DNA of 64,000 nucleotides, taken from NCBI RefSeq assembly GCF_008831285.2, contig NC_045138.2:22940001-23004000 (forward strand). Direction: 5' to 3'. Origin of the DNA: Nymphaea colorata. Its lineage: Eukaryota. The notes beneath the pieces are model-generated. The model saw only the letters and a list, made by a program, of their open reading frames with translations, ran no database searches and was not told the DNA's origin. Shown piece by piece: positions 14,297-27,767 of the stretch. Position 1 is the first letter of the stretch. Every line of letters starts with the position of its first letter. Made by a program: the position numbers and the translations under genes.

Positions 14297-17200
14297 TATA
14301 TAATTTTCGAAGTATCTGAATTCATTTATGAGCCATTCCACTTGAATGATGGTTCATAACATTCCACATGCAAAGTTACTTTTTCAGACTCAAATGTAAG
14401 TTGTCATTTACCTTTCCAAAAAAACTTCACATCTTGTGAACTGTCAATCAAGCTGATTGAATAGTTCATAAACAGTCCACACATAACTCTCATATTTACT
14501 TAGTCTATGTATTTTGCAACACTCTATTTTGATCCTAATGTACATACCTATGTTGTGAAAACTGAAAACCATAAGTAGAACACATTTTATTCCAATAAAA
14601 ATTTATATACATTCAACAGGATTTATTTTATAGAAGTGATGTGTTACATCATGCCTTTGGATGTGAAAACATGAATTTGATTTTTGAATTCCTAAAATTG
14701 ATAGAATGTGGGATACATTGACAAAAAACATACCATGAAAACATTCACATTAATAGGTTTTAAGGTAAAAAGGAACAACATATTGCCAAATTGGAAGAAC
14801 ACTAAAAAACTTAAGGTTATTGGAAGAAGAAGACAAAAATGGATGGTCAAAGATGGGCATGTCAAAAATCAGTCCATGTATGGCATGGGTGTAGGTTGCA
14901 TCATACATGGCTTTGACCATGTCCAATCCATATCTTGTTTTTGCACTTGTGTCGTGGAGTATTGGCAAGGGTACAACTCCCTTTTACTCACGTCTATGTG
15001 ACATAGGATAACCGTTAACATAGAAATGGCAATTGGGATTATTAAAAGGTTCTCAGTCTTTTCTCATGTCGCATCCCTATGATGGGCCTGTTTTCTAGCA
15101 GCTCATCCTCTGTGGCCTCCTGCTGCCATTCAGTATTGCTGCCTTCTGGCTCTATCCTACCTTGCAAGTGTCTCTGGGATCAGGCTGAAAATAAGGACTC
15201 TAGTTTGCAAGCTGCTACTTTGCCATGAGGAGATTCTCCTTCATCTTTTCTGATGCTAGTTCTTTTGGCTATTTTGATCTCCTTCTTACCCAAATTTAGA
15301 TATTTCAGTTTGATCAGAATCATTTTTCAGGGTCCTGGACTGATTATTAGCCTTCTTCAACAGCTTGGCTGAAAAGATGGTATTTCATTTGGAGTGCAGG
15401 TTGTTCTGCCCCTTGCCTGCTTTGAGGAGAATGTAATAGTTCTTTCTTCAATGGATTATGCAAGCCCTTGACTAGGATTGCCAACATTTTGTTGGGGAGG
15501 TTTCTATCTCTGAATATCTTTTAACATTTTTTTTCTTTTTTTTTTGGCTAGTAAAAGTCAGAAAGTATGAAATAATAAAATGTGGTCTCACGTGAGTATA
15601 ATCATCATAATTCACAAAATCTTTTTCCTTTGCTTTTTTTCAGTTTAAAAATGACTTTTTAAACTTGTAACGTACTGAGGCATGCTTATTCAACAGTTAG
15701 TCCAGAAAATATTGGAATATAAACCCAACAAGCTTTTGTTTTTATAACATTTTTATTTTTCTCTTCTCTTAATTCCAAAATGACTAGCTAGGAGCATGCA
15801 AGGTGAGGTAGATGCAAAAAGTTCTTCATTATATAATTGAGTTGGTTCCTGAAATAGTTTGGTTGGATTAGCAAAAATTAGCAATGGGTAAATCTGCCCT
15901 ATTTTCTCAAAACATTTATCACAAGAATTTTCATTTTCTTTTCCTACCCTTTCTTACCATTTATGAAAAGCCATTAGTGGCTGAATGGTTATTGACAACT
16001 GCTGATATAAGGAGAAAAAGAAGAAGAGGTTTGAGCAGTTACATTTGGTTTGCTAATGACAATTGGCAAATGACATGCTACTCACTTTTGATTATGCTCC
16101 TGACACATGCAAAGGATCTAATCCATTTGAGTCCTCGAAGTGGCTTCCACCGGACCTCCTCACCAAACGCCCTTGGGTATCTAAAACAAACGCTTGTAAT
16201 GATCCTAAATCCTGAACTACTTTGTGGAAGGTTTCTCACTGCTGCACCTTGTGGGACTATGTCTTAGTCCCTCCACATTAGCAATTCTATGCACTTCTAT
16301 GGGAATGTGATAAAGCAATTTGGATTCAAGAAAAACAAGTGAGGATCCTTTCCTTGGCATCCTGCCATTGCACATAATCTTCTCCTCCGGTTTCTATTTT
16401 CAATTTGATAGCTGCTCAGTGTTCAGCATTCATCAGCCTGGTAAAGCTAAAGCTTAACATATTTAAATGGGAAGAAGTTGAATACCCATGAGGTAACTGC
16501 ACCATTCTCCAACGATAAAAGAAAATCAGATAGTATGAAAAAGCAAGTAGAAAAAAGTTCCAGTACTTATGCTTTTAGTCAACCTGTGCCAAAATATTTT
16601 TCTGCAGGGCATCCCCTTGTCCTGGGAGCACATTACTTTCTCTAATTTGAGCTTTGTTAAGTTCTCAACTGAATTCTATGACAGATTCAAACAAGCTTTT
16701 ACATATGAGGTTCAATTCTTTTGAATTAATGTCTGGTGATGCAATTTCATTCTCAATTTTATTTCAATGATTGAATCAAATGTGATTGTGAATGAGTTAA
16801 TTGTTCATGTTTATGCAACGGTTTCTCAAAAAAGATTCATTTGTGAAGGCAACTTCCTTTGCTTATATTTGATAAATTTTAGTCTGATTTCCTTTTCCCA
16901 GGATTCTTTCTTGCATATGAATTCAAACTTTGTTTCTTTAATAGGTCAACTTATAATTGTTTATTTGGTTACTTTTGCCATACTCTCATGCTTTTTGCAC
17001 TTTGAATGAAAAACTCACTGTTATCAATATTTCTTTCTGTTTTATTGTTGTTATGACCTCTATCATCTGTTACATTACTTATTGTAAATGCAAAATGTGC
17101 AATGAAAGAATATGTGTGTGTGTTGAGCATGGATGCTATGTGTGCTTGCATTTGCACTAGTTTCCAGCTTATTATGCAATAAGAAACTGTTAACTGCTGT

Positions 17201-20200
17201 TATAATTTTGAGATGTTGAGAAACTTGAGTAATACGGTGACAGGAAATTTCACATCAACAATCTATGCTGAAGACTGCTTGTTTGAAGATCCAACAATCA
17301 AATTCTCTGGTAAGTCTTTTGATTAATTTTGTGATATAGGGATACTTGTATGTTTGGTGTTATCGGTTTGAACTTTGAAGTTCAAAGAACCATAGCTTGT
17401 CCCACTGGTTCGAAGCACTAAAATTCGTGATTTCAACTTGCTCATGGTTTACAAAATTTCAACTTGAATTGTAACAAGAATTGGAAGACAGAAAAAAAAA
17501 AAAAAACTGGACAAAAAAGACAATTGATGCTTATGTTCAGGATATTGATTATTGAGTTATTCCAGGCTTGGCCAAGTTTTTCAATTAATCTGCCTATGCA
17601 CTAGTGACGTCTTGAGCAATGAGAAAGGGGATTCAGAAGAGATGATACTTAAGGGTTCTGAGAGACTAGCGAGTGGCTACTGGATTAGGTCTCATTGTAG
17701 CATGATAGAATGTTATCCATTAATATGTTGGATGGAAAACTAAGAATACAGCAAAGCTATATTTAATCGGCAGAAATGCAACAGAACTGCACTTTGAAGC
17801 CCATTGGGCAATATGTCAAACCTTGCTCAAATGTATTGCATCAAAACAAGGGCAATAAAGCAAGCATTAAGTCCCTCTTGATGTATTGGACCTTGGATGT
17901 ACGCTTGTGTGACATCATTGTCTTCAGAATCAGGAATCACCTAGCTTTTCCTGATTTTCAGAATCAGGGCCTATCAGATTGTGATCCTTAGAGTCAGGAA
18001 CAATCTCAATTGTGTGAATTGGGGTTGCGACCCTTGTACTTTTCTAGGGGAACATCGTGAACTCCTCTAGGATTCCTTCATGCACATCAGGATACATTAT
18101 TCTGTAAGTTCATGACAACAAAAAATATGAGAACAACCTTCTCAGCCTATCACATGCATATGAAGCCCTTGGACCCTATCTTTTAGACATTTGCCATGAA
18201 AAAATATCTTGCATCTTTTGAAGATGTCCAACCGACAGTATTAATATGCAGGATCACGTCTTCTAGTGAGTCCAACCATTATCAAATCAAGATTGATAAA
18301 GAAAAAAGTGGTATCGTAAACAAACTTATCTGTGGTAATAAATGCAAATCTTAATACTTTTTATGGTGAAAATAAGCTCTTATGGCACACAATGAATTGA
18401 ATCTCTCTTTCTTCACTGCAAACTTCTCTCACTCAAATCTGGCACGTTTTTCTCCTCAAACTGTCAAAACTTACAGACAACTATCAAGAATTGTCCAAGA
18501 GTTGGGCTCTAAACTCAAAAAACAAAAAGGAGGTTCAAGTGCCCTTAAATTTCTGCAGACACTGTATCATTTGACACTGGGCCGTGTTGCATCACGTTAT
18601 GCAATATGACACTGTACTGTATTGCTACACAAAGACACTACACTCTTGTAACTAGTTATAAAAGTGCATCTTAACACATTTCACTATAGATACGTTGCAT
18701 ATCACATGAAACAATATGATAGGTAGAACAATGGACATAATAGTTAGGTTCTCATAGCTTAAAAAGGGAAATATGTACGTCAAAAAGGGCCCCACAACAA
18801 AAAATATGAGCTACTACCTGGCATCAATCACGGTGCACTAGCATCCCCCTCTTCCCTGGACCGGCATCATCATCAAGGAGCAGTGCCATTTGCCAAGTGA
18901 GAATCTGAAAGAAAACGAAACTCACATGTCAGAGAAAAGCTCTGATTATGACTTAATCCCAGGAACCCACATCAGATGAACTAGACTAGGTAGCAAGTAA
19001 CGATCAGATCCATAGAACAATTATACACAGATTTCCCTGTAGTACATGGCAGGGCAGCAACAGCTGTCAGGCAATCACACAGAGACCAAGCAGTAAATGC
19101 ATAAGCTGTAACTAACATGAACAATTACAAACATACTCACATACACATTTCTAGGAACCGAGATATGGCATACTTTCTCATGAGGCTTCCTGGCTCACAA
19201 GATTGTTGTGTAGTGCATGGTCAACACACAACTGAGTCACCAGGGTGAGAGTGACATCAGGGCAACCCCTGACATGTCCACATACAGCATAAGGCTGAGC
19301 TTAGTGATATACTATGTTGTTAAGGCATCACCTAGGTGTGGACTAGGCGCCAGTCAACACCCGTCGCCTTAAGTCCATCACTTAGGGAATGGGTGTGGTG
19401 CTGGTGCCTACTAGGCACCAGCACACCTAGTCCATAGGAAAGTATATGCCCGTGATTTGATTGTTTATACTATGTACAATCTGTTATAATGTATAATATA
19501 TGTACAATCTGAAATAATGTATATTTATGTATTGTATATTAATGTGTTATGTATATTAGTACAATCTGAAGCAATTTTTAAAGTGGTTCCATCTGCAGTT
19601 GAATCTGTTATAATGTATATTATATGTACTGATTTGTACAATCTGTTATAATGTATATTATATGTATATTATATGTTATATGCACAATCTGTGGTAAACT
19701 TATAATGTATATTATGTGTACTGATTTGATACGATTTTTGTTTGAAATGATTCAAATGAAATAGTCTGTAAGGTCTATAACTGAAATAGTCTATAAGAAA
19801 TGCAAGCATTGTGTCCAGTATGTAAACAAGAATGACGTGTCTTCTTTTGTGTATCAAACTAAGGCATCAGCTAGAACAGAACAGCACAGTTTTCCAGTAT
19901 GTAAACAAGCTGGAAATTTATTGTTAGTTTGTCATGTACCAAAGAACAGAACAGTTTTTCATGTTTTACTTTTTGGCTTTACTTACTGTTAAGATGTGTT
20001 TATATTCAGTTTTAGGTTTAAGAGGGTACTTTTGTAATAACTTTTCCTTTAGATGGTTCTCTTGTAACTTCTCTCTCTCCTCTAGTCTATATAAAGAGGA
20101 GTTAGAGCAGATTTCGAGGTCAATCAATATTATTCTTTCTAATCTTATCTTGGTATCAGAGCTGCAGCCGTCTCCTCCTCCTCTGCGCGCCGATTGAGCG

Positions 20201-23200
20201 GCGCCACCCGCCGCCTGACCGCGCCCATCACTGCGCTTCCTCCGCCCGCTCGTGTCCACCCATCTCCGCTCGTGGCTGACCTCTCCACCCGACGCCTCCG
20301 CCCGTCGCTGTCCTCTCCGCCCGACGCCTCCGCCCGCCGTTGCTGTCATCTTCGCCGCTGCCCGCCGTGGCTGTCATCTCCGCCCGCCGCCGCCGTCCGT
20401 CGCTGCTGCATCGCCGCTGCACGCTGCATCGCCGCTGCTGTCTCAACTGCTCCTCCGCTGCTCTGCACGCTGATTTTCCTCTCAGCGTCTTCGCTGTCGT
20501 CTCTGGTATCTCTCTTCGTTCAGCTCTGTTGTTGCCTCTTCCAACCGATCAGACTTATGGATTGCTGCCTGCGTTCACTGCATATTGCTTCATGATCAAC
20601 ATGTTGTCTTTCGATATGTGACTGTCTTCTTTTTGCCTGCACTTCCTATTCCGTGGCTCGGTTTCCTCCTTTGTGTTGAGCGATGTCTGAAATTAGCAGT
20701 GGCGCTAATACCTCTTCCTTTGTGTCGTCGGGAGAGATGAAGAGTTCCCCATTTTCGAGCATTATCACCAAAATGGATGGGGGTAATTACGAGATGTGGG
20801 CCATGCAAGTAAAAAGAACCTTGATCGCTCATGAGAAGGAACATCTTATATTGGAGCCCGAGCCCGTACAGAAGGTAGGAAAATATACTACTTGGTTTAA
20901 AGATAATTCGTTGGTTATGGTATGGATTGTTGGTACTCTTACTCAAGACATTGCAAATGAAGTCCTGCATAAGGAAAGTGCAAAGGATATGTGGGATTCC
21001 CTTGCAGCCACCTATTCACAAGCAAGGAATGAAACAAGAATTATGCAGCTTCATCATGATATTCATCAGATGCGCCAAGATGGTCGACCTCTTCATACTT
21101 ATTATTCTAGTCTCAAGTCCATGTTTGAGAGACTAAATAGCTACTTTCCTGCATGTAAGTGTGAACAACAAAAGGCATACAGAGATATGCTTATGGTCGG
21201 AGTATTTCTGTTTGGATTAGACTCTGTTTATGAATCAACAAAGAATCAGATGCTCACTAGTCCCTCGATTCCTCCTATTGATGAAGCTTATAGTAGGCTA
21301 AGCAGAATTCCAATCCCTTCATCGACTGTTCTTGATACCACTTCTGCTATGCTTGCTACTCGTGGCAGAGGTGGGTCCCTCTTTGCCAGAGGACGAGGAT
21401 ACCGTGGCCGTGGCAATACCCCTTCGCGCCCAGTATGTCAGTTTTGTCATCGCATTGGTCACACTGTGGATAAGTGTTGGCAGAAACATGGTCGTCCAGC
21501 TGTTGCCAATCAGACTGTATTTACTGATTCTCCAGAGCAGCCTAAGGCTCAGCATACTGTTTCCTCCAGTGAGTTACGTGCAGATGATATTATCTCTCAG
21601 TTGAGAAACTTGATTGGAGATAGACCTCAACAAGCTCCTGATCCGACCACCTCTACTATCACTACTGCTGCCAGTGCATCTTCATCTGGTATGTATTCTG
21701 ATACTACAGATTGGCTCATTGATTCGGGTGCATCGACACATCTCTGTGGAGACAAGGCACAGTTTACTTCTTATGTCCCTACTCCACCTGGTCGCTCGGT
21801 TATTCTAGCAGATGACAAATATTCTCCAGTTGTTGGACTTGGAGAGGTCCAACTTACTTCATCATTACCGTTGCAACATGTTCTTCATGCACCAGAATTC
21901 CCACATAGCCTACTATCTATCAGTCAGATTACCAGAGATTTAAACTGTCGTGCGATGTTTGACTCCTCTTCTCTTGTGTTTCAGGATATACTGACGGGCA
22001 GGGTGATTGGCAGTGGCCGTGAACAGGGAGGTCTTTACAGGCTAGTGCATCCCTTTCCCTTTGCCGGGTCTACCTCTGCAGGGTCGTCCTCATCCTCGGC
22101 TTATACTTGGCATTTACGTTTTGGACATCTACCGTTTCAGAAACTGCTGCATGTTCTTCCTCAGCTGTCTCCTAAGTCTTCTTTTCAATGCGAGTCTTGT
22201 CAGTTGGGCAAACACCATCGGTCATCCTTTCCTCCGCGGCCCAGTAGAAGTAGCCATTCTGTGTTTGAGTTACTTCATTTTGATGTTTGGGGTCCGAGTC
22301 GTACACCTGATCTTCAAGGTCATCGATATTATCTTGTTGCTGTCGATGACCATAGTCGTGTTAGTTGGGTTTTTCTTATGAAGCATAAATCTGAAGTGGG
22401 TCATGTAATCAAAAATTTTATCAATGAAATTCTGACTCAGTTTGATACTTGTGTCAAAAACACCGTCATATTCTTGATGTTGCCAGAACCATTATCATAC
22501 ATAGCCATGTTCCCCATTCTTACTGGGGAGATGCTGTTCTCACAGCATGCTATCTTATTAATCGAATGCCGTCATCTGTGTTAGGAGACCTTATTCCTAT
22601 CTCTGTCCTCTTTCCTGACAGAGACTTGTTTTCTGTTCCACCTCGTGTTTTTGGATGTGTTGCCTTTGTTCAGTTGCTTGGTCCTGGACGAGATAAGTTG
22701 TCTCCTCGGGCCATCAAAACGATCTTTGTTGGTTATTCCCGCACTCAAAAGGGATATCGATGTTATGATCCTTCTAATCGTCGGTATTATGTGAGTGCTG
22801 ATGTTACATTCTTTGAATCAACCTCTTTCTTCTCCCCAAATGGAACTCAATTAAGGGCGCCTGAATTGAATGATGAAGTCCATTTTCCTCTACCTCTCAT
22901 GAGTTGTCCAAAACCAGTTGATCCACGCTTTGGGGCTGTCTACCAACGTCGTACTAAACCTGTTGCGCCTGTTCACTGTGCACCTGTGCCTTCACCCAGC
23001 ACGCCCAAGGTAATTCCTGACACAAACTCAGCTGACAATTTTTTATGTAATGATGACATAGGAGAATGTCACGAGCATGTTCATGCTCCTAATGAACTTG
23101 ATATGCCCATTGCTCAAAGGAAAGGCAAACGCAGTTGCACTTTGCATCCTATCTCTGGTCATTTATCCATGGATAGACTCACTCCTATGTACCGACAGTT

Positions 23201-25851
23201 TGTCAAGGGGCTGTCGGCTATTGCTCTTCCACAGAATCCCATGGATGCTCTCTCTGATCCCAAATGGGCCGCAGCTATGCAAGAAGAGATGGATGCTCTT
23301 CAGTCTAGAGGCACCTGGACACTTGTTACTCCTTCAGCTGATGCAGCCATTGTTGGTTGCAGATGGGTCTTTACTATCAAATACAGCGCGGATGGCAGCA
23401 TTGACAGATATAAGGCTCGTCTGGTTGCAAAAGGCTATACTCAAACTTATGGGGTTGATTATTATGATACCTTCTCTCCTGTGGCACGACATGCTTCTTT
23501 ACGGATTCTCCTTGCTGTGGCTGTCAGCAAGAATTGGTCCCTATCACAACTTGATGTCAAAAATGCCTTTCTCTATGGTGACTTACATGAAGAAGTGTAT
23601 ATGCAGCAACCACTAGGGTTTGTTGCTGAGGGGGAGTGTCAGAAAGTGTGCAGATTGCGAAAGGCGATTTATGGTCTGAAACAGAGTCCTCGAGCTTGGT
23701 TTCAGAAATTGTTAGAGAATATTGAGAATGAGGGCTTCAGACGTTCTTCGGCCGACCATTCCCTCTTTGTCAAGAAGACTTCTACAGGTACGGTGATAGT
23801 TCTTGTCTATGTTGATGATATCATTGTTACAGGGGATGATGATCAGGGGATTTCCAACATCAAGGATGTCCTTGGACAACACTTTGTCACCAAGGACCTT
23901 GGTGAACTACGTTATTTCCTCGGTATTGAGTTTGCCAGAAATCAAAAGGGCCTTATCATGTGCCAGAGGAAATACGTTACTGATGTTTTGCAAGAGACAG
24001 GGATGCTGGGGTGTCGACCTGCATCCACGCCTATGAATATCAATACCCGCTTGTATGATGATGATACTGAAGATGTTGATGCGAGACAGTATAGAGGGAT
24101 TGTTGGGAAGCTCCTATACATCACTGTTACTCGACCTGACATTGCCTATGCTGTTAGCAGAGTGAGTCAATTTATGGATAAGCCCAAGAAAGTTCATTGG
24201 GATGCTGCTATGATGATTCTTAGGTATCTAAAGAATTCACCAGGAACGGGACTCTTCTTTCAGAATGGTACCTCACTCACTATATCTGTGTATGTTGATG
24301 CCGACTATGCAGGATGCCCCTCGGACAGAAAATCCACTACTGGATTTTGTGTGTTTATTGGATCCAACTTGGTTACATGGAAGAGTAAGAAGCAAACTGT
24401 GGTTGCCAGATCAAGTGCAGAATCTGAATATAGAGCTATGGCTCAGGGTACTGCTGAAGTTATGTGGGTTAGATCCCTGATGTTGGATCTTACTGTCGAA
24501 GTGCCTCTTCCTATGCAACTGTTATGTGATAACAAAGCTGCACTGTTTATTGCTAATAATCCGGCTTTTCATGAAAGAACCAAGCATGTTGAAGTAGATT
24601 GTCACTATACCAGAGACATGATTCAAAAGGGGTTTGTAAGTACCTCACACATTTCAACTACAGGGCAAACAGCTGATATCTTTACTAAGGCTCTTGCAAG
24701 GGGACCATTCCAAAGCTGCTGTTCCAAGTTGAGCCTATTTGACATATACGCTCCAACTTGAGGGGGAGTGTTAAGATGTGTTTATATTCAGTTTTAGGTT
24801 TAAGAGGGTACTTTTGTAATAACTTTTCCTTTAGATGGTTCTCTTGTAACTTCTCTCTCTCCTCTAGTCTATATAAAGAGGAGTAGGGCAGATTTCGAGG
24901 TTAATCAATATTATTCTTTCTAATCTTATCACTTACAAAGTGTAATCATTCAATTAGAATAAAACAGAACAGTTTTTCAAGTTTTATTTGGAATAGAAGC
25001 TTACGGTTCAGTCAGTAAGCACATAATTTTATTATGTAATGGCTAACATAACTAAAAAAAAAAATAAAACTTTGGTTGCCTTTTTTGCCTTGGCTCGCCT
25101 AGTCCCGCCTAGGTGCTAGGCGCTGCTGCCTGGGCGCTTTGACAACATAGGTGATATACTGCTGCAACAACATCAGTTGTACACTTCACTGCCATATGAA
25201 GGGGACTGAGTCCATGTTAGTGGACTGGGTAAGGAGCACATTCAATAACTAGACTGTTTTTGGAAGTTTGATCTCATAATCCAGGTCCATGCACTGCCCA
25301 CCTAACCCCATTTTATAATGGGCTTGACTAACGTCCAGTCGGCTATGTCACATCAGTGTGGGGTGCGGGTGCTGGTGCGGGTGAGGATGAGGGTGCTGGT
25401 ATGGCATATCCCAAAAATTTTGGGTGCAAAGGTGTGGCGAGGGTGTAGATATATGATATATTTATTATATATATAAATGTATGTATTCATAATATATATG
25501 ATTTTAGCTTGTTTCTTGGCATAATCGGTCCTTTTTACTTTTGCTTCTGTACATAAAGAAAGAAAGGGATAGAGAAAAGAAAAAAATATAAAATATTTTG
25601 AACTTGCATAAGAAAGGATGCAGTTGGGGTGCGTGTCAGAGCCGCTCCTGTATCAGCACTAGCACCAGCATCGTGTCGACACAGGTGCAGCCCCTTTTTT
25701 GAAGAGTCCGTGTGACATAGCTAGTCGGTATGATCCTTTTGTGGAGTAGAAAGACCCTTGGCCATTGCCGTATGCCCATTTCATGCTCAAGCTCATAACA
25801 CAGTATCAGGCAATGCAACCCCACCCAACCCCACCCCACCCCCACAACAAC

Positions 25852-25882
<31 letters not shown>

Positions 25883-26401
25883 TATGATGAGCTATTAGCC
25901 GAGTACAATGGTTAAAGAACCTAACATAGCTAAATTAAGAGCCAACTGAGCATGCCATGACATTGTTAGGATCTCATAGAGGCCCTTATGACCCTCACCT
26001 GTAAACAGACCCTTGGGAACCTCTAAACTATCTTTCGGGTCATGACCAGTGCCCCAGTTGGTCTTATACATGTGACCAGCTATAAGGAAAAAAATTGCAA
26101 TAGCCAAATGATGGTGTGCAGTATCGGTTAGCCGTTGACCTAGCCTTCTTGTTAATATCAAATTAGCTCATCAGACTTAAATAAGGGAACTTGTAAAGGA
26201 AGCCAGAACATAGTTCATATCATTTTGTCTTAATAAGTACTCCTTTCAATCTTATCTTTAAGGTCACTTATTAAGGTCAGAACAAAGCCTTCTTGTTGAC
26301 TTTTCATTGAATGTTAGTAGCTCATAATTGAATGGCATTAGTGCTTTTGATCAGAAAAGCTTTTGCGAGCTCTTGTCATCAGAAAAAAAGCACTCACCTT
26401 A

Positions 26402-26433
<32 letters not shown>

Positions 26434-26946
26434 TTATGCTTCTGCCTCTCAAACAATGTCAATACTGCTTTTCAAAAAATCTAAACTATAAAGATTAGAT
26501 GGATACAATATGTTCAAATATTTATTAAAATTCAAAAAGGAGGGAAAATTAGATTTGTAAATTATAAAGTTTTTTGAATTGATGGTCTTCACTTTCTCGA
26601 TTCTCAAACTCCACTCTTAATATAGGATTTCTGAACTTTTTAGGTTCCCATATTTTCATACCTTATGCATTTATGTATATGGCAAGAATTATGAAGAAAG
26701 GGCTAAAAGCACAGAGATGAGTAAAACCACTCGCATTTTTGAGAATGGCTTTCAAATGTCCACTCCTCCCTAGAATTTACCAATCCTAAGGTGGAGGGGA
26801 TAGTTATATAGAGCAAAAGAGAAAAAAGGAGAGGGAAGAAAGAAAAAGTAGAAATAAATAATTAATAACTAATATATGTATTCTCCTATGTCACATAGGT
26901 ACGGGTATTCAGACTATTTTCAAAAAACTTAGGTATGGGGGTACGG

Positions 26947-26984
<38 letters not shown>

Positions 26985-27689
26985 CATAAAATAAGAATTC
27001 AAACAAAATAACACATTCATGATTCAAAATTTAAAAACACACTGTATGTGTTTTCTGAGTGTAAATGGTGTAAAGAACAAAACTGAAATCCTAAATTTTG
27101 GATAGGAAAGGACTCGGTCAACTTTGATCGAGTCCTAAATCGGACGGATACGGTCCTAGGTACGTTAATCGTATCCGGTACTGATTGACCAGTACCCAAG
27201 AGATACCCGGGACAGTACCAGTACCAATACCAGTGTCGTATCTGACCGGTACGGGTGTGCTGCCTATACAGCAGTACCCATGTGACAAAGATATTTTCAT
27301 ATTTTTCATCGTTGAGGTTTTTCTCGAGTATTGCTTGGAAAGTTTGTTTTTTTAAGGAAATTTGCGAGAGTTAAAAGTTATAACATAGCAAAAAATAATT
27401 AAAAATATGAAAAATTGAGTTTTATAAATTTTCTTAGAAAACATTGATAAAAATTTAAAGTAGTCATTAGATTGTTGAAAGACAATCCAGAAAATGTTTA
27501 ATTTATACACATGCATGCAGTTTCTTATATTATAGAAAGGTACAATTTAACTTGGCAACTTTGGAAGGACAAGACCTACATAGTTCAAGGGCTACCTGAG
27601 CTTACGAACTTGAAGTTATATGTTTTCTTATCGCCATTTTTGTTATTAGTTATCACAACTTCTTGAAATGGTATAAAAATGCTTTTCTC

Positions 27690-27767
<78 letters not shown>

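Larger units (their letters stand above)
19987..24931 (+). mobile_element. Ty1/copia LTR retrotransposon (short-LTR, Ale-like), structurally complete but integrase-deleted
   Basis: LTRs 19987-20150 and 24769-24931; 5-bp TSD CTTAC (19982-19986, 24932-24936); PBS TGGTATCAGAGC at 20151; PPT GAGGGGGAG at 24760-24768; domain order gag-PR-INT-RT-RH. Confidence 0.97.
19312..25150. mobile_element. Non-autonomous hAT element (about 889 bp without the nested copia)
   Basis: TIRs CTATGTTGTTAAGGC and GCTTTGACAACATAG; perfect 8-bp TSD GTGATATA (19304-19311, 25151-25158); subterminal CCTAGG/GCCT motifs; internal GTACAATCTG...ATAATGTATA repeats. Confidence 0.88.

Noticed and set aside
18818..18904. Minus-strand exon-like unit with good acceptor and donor, plus another donor near 19139
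   Set aside because: Stops in all three frames and no linked ORF; more likely part of a decayed retroelement than a nested antisense gene.
19470..19730. Spaced repeats of GTACAATCTG...ATAATGTATA resembling an array
   Set aside because: Irregular, degenerate AT-rich internal repeats of the hAT element with no unique spacers; not CRISPR-like.
19966..20621. Several Arg/Pro/Ala-rich ORFs
   Set aside because: They come from the GC-rich repetitive 5' leader of the copia element.
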